Source: Nitrospirales bacterium (GTDB lineage Bacteria; Nitrospirota; Nitrospiria; Nitrospirales; UBA8639). Taken from it: a stretch of DNA of 64,000 bases. The stretch is taken from contig CBDBCZ010000016.1 of assembly GCA_965203295.1 (NCBI GenBank), forward strand, positions 256,001 through 320,000, written 5' to 3'. The notes below the pieces were generated by a model. That model did not search any database and was not told the origin of the DNA. It saw only the letters and a program-made list of their open reading frames with translations. Position 1 is the first letter of the stretch. Every line of letters starts with the position of its first letter. The position numbers and the translations under genes are program-made. Positions 1-11,934 of the stretch are shown piece after piece.

Positions 1-179
1 TTAAATGTAATTTTATTACAGAGGCCAAATGGCCATTTCGGGAAGCGAGTCGGTGTATTTCTATACTTTATAATCTACGGGGAGGAAGTGGGTTGATCGG
101 TTTACGTGAAACAAACAATTTATTCATAATGGCCTAACTATAATTGTCATTCCAATTCCAATACATGTAAACTCCACAA

Positions 180-745
180 AAAGTAGCATCTTACATTACT
201 AACCTTAAAAAAACACCCTTAGCTCTTTGGTGGACCTTACAAAATTAATCATGCTATTCACAAAACCACTCGACCACTTTAAATTTACGTCCTCACAGAG
301 GGAGGGGCTACAGGATTTAATATAGACTTTTCTGCCTCTGACTATTGCTATTCAAAGTGTAGTGGCATTATACATCTAGTAAACTTAAAACAGTACTCTT
401 AGCTGTTTGATGGACCATGCGAAACTTTCATGCTGTTTATAAACCTACACAACACTTCAAGTTCTCATCTTTACAGAGGGAGGGGCTACAGCTAGGAAAC
501 ATTCTGCCTCTAACTATTGCTAGTCCAAACACTACTGGCATTACATCTACTAACCTACAAAAGCACTCTTGGCTCTTTGGTTGGTTGTCTTTACAAAGGT
601 TTCTTGCTGTTTATGAACCTACACATCCTCACACAGGGAGAGGCTACAGCTACATGTACATGTAGCTAAGTAGACATTTTTGCCTCTAACTATCGCTAGT
701 CCAAGAAACTCCCCAAAAACGTAGTGGCATTACATCTACTAATCT
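180..745. repeat. Degenerate tandem repeat, about 3 copies of a ~175 bp unit
   Basis: Recurring blocks GGCATTACATCTACTAA / CAGAGGGAGGGGCTACAG / TGCCTCTAACTATTGCTA at ~175-185 bp spacing. Confidence 0.7.
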
Positions 746-842
746 AATGTGATGTTAACAGCCTTCCAGACATAAATGACATCCTGCTGACTTTCATCTA
801 ACTACACAGCCAGGTTGGTGTGATATGAAGTAAGTAGTCAAT

Positions 843-1145
843 AATTGCCGAGCGCAGCGAGGCCAATAATCGCGACATACGGGCTCAGAATCTCAGCTAG
901 CGTTTATCTGTGTGTCACGCTTCCCCCGGCCCCCGGGGCAAGCCACGGGTTCAAAATGGCGCCTCGTGCAGTTTCGCGGATGCCGTCTTTTAACTCTTGG
1001 TGCAGAAACAGGAAGAGATCTGGACAAGTCTACTATACAGTTTTATCAAGTAAGGCTAACTACAGCTCCCAGGTTAGTAGAGTTTGTGTAACCGCTCTGT
1101 AAGCAGAGATTCGAGGGCTGGAGACTGACGGCACAATCGAGCGAT
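843..1145 (+). mobile_element. Interspersed repeat; second copy at ~4849-5170
   Basis: AATTGC(C/T)GAGCGCAGCGAGGCC...CTCAGCTAGCGTTTAT...TTTATCAAG.AAGGCT.ACTACAGCTCCCAGGTTAG is shared by both copies. Family not determined. Confidence 0.65.
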
Positions 1146-2009
1146 AAGAATGGAAGTTTCAAGTATAGCATGTCCGCTCTCCTGTGGCAGCTCCTTGGGA
1201 AATGTTGTAGTTACTGACATCATTCGCCTGGATGCCAGTCGTTTTGACATAGCTACTAGCCTAGCAGCCGTTTTAACTGACCTGTTACTCTTGCAACTGG
1301 AGGCGTAGTCGCGAAAATAGTCGTCCCCACGTGTTTCCGGGGGGCAGTGCCCCGGCTTGGCTATCTAGCCCGGGGGGCCCCGGCGGTACGATGACGCCAG
1401 CGAGGCATAGTGCGCTTGCGTATACCTAGTATAAACTGTTTCACTGTGACTGTGATTTTAAGCCTAAAGTTTTTGTTAAGGTTAGGCCCAACCAGAAGTA
1501 GAGATATATCAAAAATTTATGACCACGTACGGTTTTGACACTCATAGCTCGACAACATGGCAATGGAAGGCCACAAAAACTATGCAGGGTTAAGTAGAGA
1601 AAGCTCAGAAACAAAAATCGTCAATGTGTGCAGTCTTTCCACTGTACAGGTGCTAAATTGTAAGACTTCCACAGTTGTTTCTACAATGGTTGGGTCATTC
1701 CTAAAAATAGACAGTTTCTACTCTGTGAAAGAACCGAGATGAAGCTTAAAACATATTTTTGGTTACTATAATTCGTATACAATGCCGTCCTTAAGGTTAG
1801 ACCCAACCAGACGTGATGACTCCACCCACATCATCCGGTAGTCATGAAAAAGTACGTTTAAAGCATATTGAGTGCAGAATGTGCCGCGGTAAATGGTTAA
1901 TTAGATTAAGCTGCAGAACATTTCTTAAATCATAAGAGTATGCACTGCGCATAAATGAAGGTTACCGTACAGTGTAATGCCTGTAGCACAGTACGAGTGT
2001 GAAACCCAC

Positions 2010-5000
2010 CGTATCATGGTTTTCTTCCGCAGCTCTGGCATAGAATGGCTTGATGACAGCTGGGAAGTCGGTAACAAACAGAGGCAGGTTACCACAGTGG
2101 TCCACTAGGTACTGCTCATGCTCGCTCATGAAGTCTAAGCCCCACTGTAAGCAAAAAAAAAAAACATACAAGAGAAATCAATATGGCAACTTAGGCATTC
2201 AATAGCAGACTCATTAGGTATATTACACCCACCTCTGGCTTGAACTGAAATCCTGTTTTTTCCTGAGCTTGTTTAAGAACCTCAACTGCATCAGTGTAGG
2301 TGATACTATGTACGATAAAAAGGTATACTAGCTTGAAAATAGTTTTTCTTTATGTATATCAACTTTACTTTCAAGGGTAAAAGAATGCCATAGAAAACAC
2401 AAGAATGAGACCATCTAGATCAAACACAAAGAAATAAATATTCTGAATGAGAGAACACTTACTGTTGAAATGGTTTTTCCAAACTGTTCAGTACAGAAAT
2501 CTAGGTATGGAGAAGGGGAGTAGAAGGAGAAGCCCAATGAAGTACACTGTTAGTGTCAATCACACAATACAAATCCTACGGTTTTTGTACATTGTCAACA
2601 AATCCCACTACCTTCACTTCTGGAGCTGTAATATGATCATGAAATAACTTTACATCGTCCCCGCTCCTTCCCAGTACTGTATCCAGCACATGCTTGTACA
2701 GTTCTTCAATCAACTGAAGAAGGTTTGGCAGACCGTCCTCCGCAGTCACTGTCTCCACTTCTAGCATGTGGAACTCAGAGAGATGTCGCCGTGTGTGGGA
2801 CTTTTCCGCACGGAAGGTTGGGCCAAACGTGTACGTAGATGTCATTGCACTGTGGAGTTGTATTAAAGTCTGAATGAGGAGAGATAACTACAGAATGCTT
2901 TACTACAGCTAGGCATTTCTGTAGCAGCACATAAATGTACAGTTTCCTACCATGCAATGGTCTCAGCATGGAGCTGTCCCGAAACTGTTAAATATGCTTT
3001 ACAGCCGAAGAATTCTTCAGAGCTTTCCCTTGCAGGCTGGATGGGAAAAGAGGTTCATGCACTGACATTGTACAGAGGAAAATATTTACGGTGGAAGAAT
3101 TCACCACATGTTTTTAGCCTACTCACATGACTATGTTGACAGTGACTGATCACTGTCAACTAATACGTAGCATCCAAAAATTGTTAGAACACTAGAACAG
3201 TTCCACTGGCACAACATAAACACTGTAGTATACGTAGCTTTCCTAGCCTCGTTCCCAGACTGACTCCACTATCCAGTGTTTCAACACACCATGCGATAAA
3301 AAGCTAGGAAGTGGAGACTGGGAGTGAGGCTACAGCTTGCGTTTTCAGAGTCATTTTTGTGCTTCCATTTGTGGATGCCATTATCAGCCAAACGTGAGCG
3401 CTGTACTGTGTACAGATATAGCCAACTGAGAATTTCAGTTTACAATAGGAATACATACTGTGACTCTGAAGAGGTCACCTGCCCCCTCGCAGTCACAGGA
3501 GGTGATGACTGGAGTGTGGACCTGCACGAAACCCCTCTCCTGTAGGAACTGGTGTATGGCCATGGTGGCTGTGTTGCGTATCCTCAACAGGCTAGAAAAG
3601 ACCTTGGTCCTTGCTCGCAGGTGGGGAAACTGTCGCGTATAATCAGGTCCATGCCTCTTGCGTGACTTGAAGGGGTATGCCTGCATGCATGTATGTGTGT
3701 GAATAAAAGTTGTGGCAGGGTACGCGACCATTACACACTGCTAAGCTTAATTCTATACGAGGTGAACCACATTCCAAGGGGGAAAATGCCAAACACAATG
3801 TTAACATAAGAATATATCGTATAGCCGGAAAATTTGGCGAGAATTAAATTTGGCGAAATCGCCAAAAACGGCTAAAATTAAATATTGGCGAAATTTAAAT
3901 TTGGCGATTGTGTACGGCGAAGGCTATGACGTAATTACGTAATCCTAGGCGTACAACGTGCGACGCTGCTGAACATGTAAAGTTTTTAAATTGTCACTGA
4001 GCATGGCAATGGAGACGTTGGATTCGCCGATCTTACTATCCAGAAGCTTTGAGAAATGTGTAGCGGCCTTTGTCGCTCCGTTTTCAGCGGCATACTTTTC
4101 CAATTTGTGTCCTTTCTTGCGTGTAAGTGTTATACTTGCCTCGAGGTGACCGTGTGACAGGCTTCAAGTCTCCAGATAGAGAGCGTTTTACAGCTTTGTT
4201 CGCGAGTTCGATATCCTTCCCAGACAGAGAGGAAACATGTACGTGGAGTGGGAATAACAACTTCTTTCTTGTAGCTGAATGCGCGTTAGAATGTTATGTA
4301 TTACATAATGCGTGAGAATTTAATTTGGCGAGATTAAATTTGGCGATTTTTTACGATTCGCCAAGCCGCCGAATTAAAGTCCTCGCCAAATTTTCCGGCT
4401 ATACAGTAGGTTTGCAGCAAAAGTGTACACATTGATCCAATGGTGTTACGGGGAAGAGAAGTTCACTATTTCACCATAACAACATTGAGCCACATACGTA
4501 ATGTATGAAATTGTAGCTATACCAATGTGGACCATGTGTGTATAAAAAAAATCACCTCAGGAGAATCGTTGTAACTGGAGCTTATCAGCAAATGTGACTA
4601 AATTTCACACACTATTTGTGCACGTGAAATAGCTACTGTTGAATATAGAGTTTATTCATTCAATATATATCGATCTAGCGGTGCGTTGGCTGGGATTAAT
4701 ATTCCATGCTTTAATCTGTTTCTCTCTCATTTGACAATTGTTTGGAGCTTTACTTCTTTCTACATGTATGCACTTGAGTTTGTAGAAAGAAGCAAAACTC
4801 CATACCCAGTCAAAAGAAAGAGAAATAGTGTATGTGAAATGCATATATAATTGCTGAGCGCAGCGAGGCCTATAATCGCACGTCCTATGGGCTCAAAATC
4901 TCAGCTAGCGTTTATATATATATTTGTATATATAACATGTCCGTCCTGTTTTGGGCCGCGGTGGGCCCCCCGGGATTCGAAATGGTGACACTGCAGTTAT

Positions 5001-8000
5001 CTGCATACCGTGCTCAATCTCGCGGTGCACAAACAGTCAGAGGTCTGGACGAGTCTGTTATAAAGTTTTATCAAGGAAGGCTTACTACAGCTCCCAGGTT
5101 AGCAGAATTTGTGTAGCTGCTGTATCAGTAGAGAATGAGCACTGGAGACGGACGACACTATCGATCAAGTGAACCGTGCACTTATGAGTCAGCAGTATGT
5201 AATACAGCTATTAATAGATTAATTAATAGATTGCAGGAATTGGGAAGGTATAGTGTATTAAAGGTCACTGTCATTGAGAGCAGGGTGGGAATATTATAGA
5301 AGTTTCTTGGGATCAACTAAAAGAATGACACCACGAAAAATTATGACTCCTGAAAAACACGTTACCTAACCCTGGCCCTAACCCTGCCCTAAACTTCACG
5401 CAAGCATACATACTTTTTGCGGTGTCGTTCTACCCATTTCTTGAAACGACTAAAACTCAGCAAATGAGGCAGGACTTACCCCTGCTTGCGATGACTTACC
5501 GCAAAGGGTTAACAGACTACCTACACATCACAGCCCATTAATGCATTATAGAGTAGCTAGCTACAAATCACAGTGCAGTGCGTATCCTACCAACAATGGC
5601 GTGTGAACGGCAAGCAACCATTCGAGAGTGCTCGTTATCACTGCTGAACTAATTTGGGTTCTTTGAATCCAAAAGGCATTACCCGAGGGTTATAATCATG
5701 CCCGTTCGTGTTGGAATCTTTCTAATCGCTTCACCCATTATTGTGCTAGCCTGGCTGAAGAAGAATGAGAATATGACGAACGAGATAGACTACTCGGCGG
5801 TTTTAACCACTTGCCGCCTTAGTACTTCAGAGATGTCCTTTAGCAGTGCGAACAGTCTGGTTAGTGATGACAACGCATGAAAATAGCTGGAAGGGCTCAT
5901 ATTAGTCCTAGACTACACTTACAGCAGAGTTCTGAACATGTCATTTTATACACAGTTAATAGAAACATCTTTTTTTTTTTGGTTCCATCCCTACATATGG
6001 AGTACTGATACATGCAAACATGCACAAAGTGTTACAGTACACAGCCTCACCCCTTCTCACTGCTGCCTACAGGAAGGACAGCTATGCTGGAGATGCCAAT
6101 AAGCATTAGGTCATCACTACAGTTGACATGTGAAAAAGATGTAGGGATGGGGCTGTGTATGTTGTGTTTATGCTATCCCCTACACTTTGTTTGCTTGCTT
6201 TTTGGCACTTCCATCCCTACATCCCCTTACATTTTTAAAAAAAAATCATTAACGTGTTTCACTAATTTTTTGTTTGTCATAGTATAGATCATGGTTTTAT
6301 ACAGGATTTCTTTGAATACCAGACATCATTCTAAGGAGCCTCCCCCTATATAGCTCTGTATGAACCCTGTCTTAAGACATATGAAGATGCATAACGAGCC
6401 AACAGCACTTTCAAAGGTAAAGACAACAGATAGCAAATGAGCAAAGCAGTTTGTGGTAAATAAAAAGGTAGACAGAAAGGCCCAGAGAACGAGGTAAATT
6501 GCGGCGAGTCAGTACACCCCAACTTGTGAACGTTTCTTAGGAATACAGCTCAGAGTAGCAGCCTCATACCTCATCTCACGAGCCAGACTCACTCGGGAGG
6601 AAGGAGTGAGTCTGCAAACTACGGACAGCACCCCGTGCCACAAAAGAGTATGATTATTCCATAAACTGGTCGCATGTAAAAACGCTGTAAAAAACCACAC
6701 AGCAGCAATCAGCTTGTTATGGCACTACATCTAATGCCTTGAGCACAATCTTCTGCTCGGGCTTCAGTTGCGAATAGCTGAACTTCTGTGCAGCAGAAGA
6801 AATGCCATTCACTCTCAATCTTGCGGTCATCACTTATTATTTTTTGGATCCGTAAAAAACAATAAATATATATATGGCTAGCCTACAGGCAATAATGTGC
6901 CTCATTAGAAAAACACTAATCAGATTAAATTCAACCTCCTACACTCTTGTGGATGGCACGGATAGCTGTCCATAGGATTCAGACTCACTTCTCCCACAGG
7001 CCCATGAGACTACCGTATACTCAGGCTTTCCTCGCCTGGACTCAGTGAAGTACGCAGGTTTTCCTCGCCCAGTAGCCGGCCTAGCTCTATGCAGCCATAC
7101 TCTATTTAACGCACATATCAGGTTGGGCTAGATGTCTTTATACTTACACGACTATACTGCTCACCTTGGTAATAAAGTGCACTCTAAGTTGCTGAAAAGA
7201 ATTCCAGCCGCATGAATAAATTCAATGATCCAGTTGCCGAAGACCAACACTTAGGTGAAACAAACTACACGATCTCTCATTGTTGCTAAGCGATGTAGTG
7301 AGTGAGAGTGACCGAACTGTCTCTCCGGCATAATCACAGCAGACGCTAAACCAGTCTGGTCATCTATGCGCTCTTGGGTCTGGTCAAAAAGAATACGTAC
7401 ATACAGCCTGTACATAAGGCCAGCATTCACACACAATGACCTCGACGTACTCTGGTTGCCAAGTGCATGTCATGTGACCATCACTGCGCATGCGCACATA
7501 ATGGCATAAAATTGGACAGCAGAGTGCCATCCCTACATAAAGATTCTCTGATTCCGATTCTCTGATTAAGGTGAACGACATTGGATAGTCTATTGCATGG
7601 GTGGTGTGTACAATGTCCTGTTTAAATTGACTCATGAGGTGAAGAACACCGGATGGAAACTATTACAGAGGACCCTAGAATCCAGTGTAAATATGGCTGA
7701 GGCTGAATACAGGGTGTTAGTATTGCTATATCATCATTCAAACGATCAGTACAGCAATGGCGTGCTCCCATGCATAAACTGCCCAGCTACTAATTTTTAC
7801 CAGCCGGAACGTGCGAACGGCTGGTCCTAAGATTGCTTTACGTTTTCCGCGTCTGTTTGCTAGTCTGTTTGTGCATCCGCACTTACATGTATCATGTGCA
7901 CAATAATATTACGTCATACGTAACTATGCAACTACAGTGTATAGCAGCGTTTGGAGGTTTGCAGGCCAAGCTACAGCAAATGAAGGTAGTTGTGTGTTGC

Positions 8001-11000
8001 CTAGATGACGAAAACTTGGTAGGCAGCCGTAAAGATCCTGTTTTCGTGGCGTATAGCTACTAATGCCGAGTCAGCACTTTCGCTGTACTGCGTTCTACAT
8101 TGTACCATGGAATTAAATGGTTCTACAGCTGTAGTTAGCTTGGCCTAAGCTGAGTTGTGTGTATTGTACGCGAAAAGTGCCCGGCTTTTTTTTACACGAA
8201 ATGTCAGACTTGTTTTTCACATTTAAAAAGTATAGTGAACAAGGCTCCAGTTACTCTTCTAATGTTCATTTATAGACCCCCTGTCCCCATATACACACCT
8301 GTGGATCACACCTTCCAAGTATCCTCAGTTCTGCCACCTTCATCTCCACTTTCTGCCCAGGGTGGCTGCTCTCCATGAGGCTGCCCCTGGCCATCAAGGA
8401 GCAGCCCTGGGTAAGGGTCTTTACCATGCTATTGACAGGTGTGTGTGTGTGTGTGTGTGTCACAGTGGTGTAGTGGTTAGAGCATTGGACTCACAACCCA
8501 AAGGTTGGCGGTTCGAATCCCACAGTGACTACTGGTGACTATCTATTCTTTCCATCATTATTTGGTGTGAATTGCCATCTTATGTCACCAGTGCACACCA
8601 GCCCACCCAGCTGTAATGGGAACCTGGCATTTATTTGCTGGGGTGCAAATTCGACTGACTGCTCTCATATATCAGCTTTGGCCCAGGTGGGACTTCGGGT
8701 GCCCACACCAGATGCTGAGAGAAGCCGTCAGTCCTCCTGCGAGCTCCTAGCTCGGCTCCAGGAGTTTGCCAGCACTGGCTCATAGTGCTTGTTTAGTGCA
8801 CAAGCAGCCTGGCTTTGCCAGGTGCGCGTGACCGCTTAGCGGCAGCAGTAGAATTTGCATTTTTGCATTTTGCATTTGCATTTGCATTTGCATTTGTGTG
8901 TGTGTGTGTGTGTGTGTACACAACAAAAAAGGTTAGCAATACGATTTTGCCTGGTGCTGTTTTCTTCTCTTGACCCTTCTCCTCATGGTACGTACATTTA
9001 TTGCAATACACTCCATACAATATACTGGCTCACATGGGAAACGCTCACTACGCCATGCGCCAAGCTACCAGCTTTGTCACATTTAAGCTGGTGTGACGGT
9101 TTGATAAGCGAGTCTATAAAGACACAGAGGCAGCAGGGGACTTCCCCTGTCTGTGCACAGCTTCTGCTTACGTAGCCACCTAAACCACAGCGCGCTACAA
9201 TCGGAAATACAGCACGGTAGCCATGGCAGCCGATCGAGATAAGCGTCCAAAACTGCCTGAAGACATCGTAAATTTGATTTGTCGCCCCTTGTGTAGCTGC
9301 CCAAGGTGTATCAACTTACAGCTCCATCGTTTTTCACCGCCTCAGTCCCTGGTAGACGTACATGTATAGGATAGACTACACCCAAGAGTGGGTTATGCGC
9401 CTTGTAACCCATGTGTTTGTGGTTAGCGAAGCTGAGGGATAAATGTAAACAAGTGGGTTATAGCGCATAACACACGAGTGGGTGTGGTCTATCTGTCTTA
9501 TACTACATTGCGCATGTGTACAATCTGCGCCGTGGAGCAACGTAGCAAACCGTGCGTTATGAGCCTATGTAACCAATACTTTTAGCCAATCATTTTTATT
9601 GTAATGTACGTGGTATACATGTAAATCACGATGACTTGAAATGACCGTGAAATCCGGGAGGGTCATCGAAGTCAGCTGTATTCAGCTTTTCATTTGTATA
9701 AACGGTTTTGTGTATGCTTGTTTAAGCTTAGTTGACACTTCTATAAGCTTATTTGAAGCTTCTATAGGCTTCAGCAAGTACAAATAGGGCATCAGTCATT
9801 GCTTAGCACCAAAGTTTTACTCAGATTCACTGCCTAATTAATGTTTCAGTGTAACACAGTAGATGACATCATTTTACGGGGCGTTCTACATAAGTGATAA
9901 ATGGTTGGGGGATTGGGCTGGGATTTAGGAAGTGTAGGTTACATGTAATATGTGACAGTCAGCTTCTATTGAGTTTACAAGCAACTTGCATACCAGGCCC
10001 TCCATTTTACCTTAGTGCAACCTAAAAAGACAGGGCCGAGAAGTATGCTGGAATGCTTGCAAATACCATCAGAGCAGAGGGAACTTAAACAAACTATAGG
10101 CATGTACAAGAGCCCAAAAATAAATTTCCCCATCCAGCTCTTGTGGGTTGGGAAATTTTATTTGTGCCCTCTTGGCATGTATTAGAGATCAACCTTTATG
10201 CTGCGATCACATCACAACCAGAAGTCTCTAGCAGAGAGATACCCCGTGCTACAAATGGGACCCTTGGACTCTATAGACTTGCCTGGCCTGGTGGAGCAGC
10301 TGCAGAGACAGCTCTGAAAAGCATCGCATACCATGTATTCGTGTATTGTGGACACATTCAAGCAGTGGGCGTGACCGACTGCCGTACTACCATATAGCAC
10401 TTAAATTTGGAAGGTCTAAAAATTCGCGAATAGACATTTTTGAACGTTTTGTTGAAATAATTTCGCAAATTCGTTCACCACACCCACGTACTAATGAATT
10501 TATGGGCAGAGCATCCCTGAGTTACTATGCGCACAGATTTACAGGAAGCTTTAGTAGCGAATGATGGCTAGCACTCCATGCTCTGCTGCTCGCTTTCCAA
10601 TTTCAGCCTTCTTCGTGCTCATTTTCAGGTATGCTCTCCTGACCTTCGTACCGGCAGTTGGCTGAGGTACAGCGATTTCGCTGTTTGCCGCAAAAATCGC
10701 GGACGAGGGCACTTGTTTGGAGAGCGCTCTGGCAACTTGGACCCTGGATACTGCCCATCCACACTCTTGAAATACCGAAAGCATAGACAGTACACGCATA
10801 ATTATGTCTATGCACATGCACTCTACTATCTATGCATAGCGGAAGTGTAAACATTTTCGTTGAAATAATTTTGCGAATCTTTCCAAAATCACAAAATTCG
10901 TGAAATTAAAGACCCGCGAAATTTAAGCGCTATATGGTAATGACACAAGCGCTTCTCTACGCATACTGCAATATAAATCCCGTGTCAGGAGACTGCGCAC

Positions 11001-11808
11001 ACCAAGCCTCTGTTGTATTCGAGTTCGTGACCATAGTAAAATGGCTGACCATACCGACGTTGAAAAGAAAATGCTAGACATGAAGAGACTAGAAGTGCTT
11101 TGGTCACTCAGGTAATTTATTGGGGATATGAATCATTACCTCCTGCTTTGAAGTTGTTATAGCCTCCAAAATTTACTATAACAGACAACAACGACAGACG
11201 AACAAAACCAATTGCTTAACCCCGCTTGCGCATACATGTACGCGTGCGGGGTAACTACATACGGTATAGGTATTTTCGCTCGCGCGTGCGAAGGAATGTT
11301 AATTATGATTATGGTCAATAAACGGGGGGAAGCGGACGGCCAGGGCAAGTGGTAGGCTGTGGCAGCTGCAGTTCACTTACAATTTGCTCTCCAAGGGATA
11401 TGGCCTTCCCCTTCCGCCATTTAACATACATCCCTTCACGTACAGGAGCGAAAAAAAAAACAACCTTATACACAGAGCTACCTACTTTGGAAACTCCGTG
11501 GATGCAGCAACTATCTGCAGACTCTGCGAACTTGAGCCATCATTTAAATCTATGAATACCACATCCTTCTGTTTTCTGACAGACTTCACCCAGCCCTGTA
11601 GAAAAGCAAATACTTGGGATTAAAGAATCCTCTAAGTAGCTACCAGCTTACATGCACGTACGTAGACAGTGCCTTGTGTGGGTAGCTCCACTGTCTGTGC
11701 ATCCTTTAAAGAGACCCTAGAGCTAAGTTTTCTCGAAAGGAGAACTCTTCGACCAAGAAGAGCCTGAAGAGCCTCAGAAACTCTCACAGTCCCCCTGCCC
11801 GTAAACAT
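2010..11808 (-). CDS. NARS2: Mitochondrial asparaginyl-tRNA synthetase, multi-exon; 3' end lies beyond the left edge
   Basis: Phase-compatible GT-AG exons: 11662(or 11656)-11808, 11486-11595 ([22 protein letters not shown]), 8299-8428, 3459-3680 ([10 protein letters not shown]...[16 protein letters not shown]), 2951-3036 ([11 protein letters not shown]), 2612-2849 (motif 2 [26 protein letters not shown]), 2463-2500, 2233-2305, 2010-2144 ([14 protein letters not shown]...KPFY). These are class IIb AsnRS motifs with a basic, presequence-like N-terminus. Confidence 0.93.
3817..4406. mobile_element. pogo/Tc1-mariner-like non-autonomous element (copy 1)
   Basis: TIRs TATAGCCGGAAAATTTGGCGAG...CTCGCCAAATTTTCCGGCTATA flanked by TA, with subterminal AATTTGGCG repeats. 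The minus strand has a frameshifted remnant RGKYNTY...[21 protein letters not shown] near-identical copy lies at 21089-21689. Confidence 0.85.
8459..8895 (+). mobile_element. tRNA-derived SINE inserted in a (GT)n tract
   Basis: tRNA-like head 8459-8530 with A box (TGGTGTAGTGG) and B box (GGTTCGAATCC), nominal anticodon CAC, a ~320 bp body, a 3' (TTTGCA)n tail, and (GT)11 on both flanks. Confidence 0.8.
10390..10937. mobile_element. pogo-like non-autonomous element (second family)
   Basis: TIRs CCATATAGC(A/G)CTTAAATTT...AAATTTAAGCGCTATATGG with TA flanks. The minus-strand remnant [23 protein letters not shown] resembles that in the 3817 family. Confidence 0.75.
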
Positions 11809-11870
11809 CGCTCGAGCCACGTGGGTTAACGTTACGTACATGCGACCAACTTACGTACTAGGGGAGGAGC

Positions 11871-11934
11871 TAGTCTCGCGGGCCAGACTAACTTTTCGCC
11901 TCCGTTATAGTTAATAGTCTGGCCCGCGAGACTA
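11871..11934. mobile_element. Mini TAG...CTA hairpin element (AcademH-like MITE) with a 10 bp TSD
   Basis: TAGTCTCGCGGGCCAGACTA...TAGTCTGGCCCGCGAGACTA flanked on both sides by GGGGAGGAGC. A sibling lies at 12219-12301 (TSD TATAACACC/TTTAACACC). Confidence 0.8.

Noticed and set aside
7486..7497. NRF1-like palindrome TGCGCATGCGCA as a promoter
   Set aside because: It is intronic with no adjacent gene start. A similar word also occurs inside a MITE (~59023), so it is weak evidence alone.
8459..8530. Functional tRNA-Val(CAC) gene
   Set aside because: Stems have mismatches, there is no oligo-T terminator, and it continues into a SINE body and tail.
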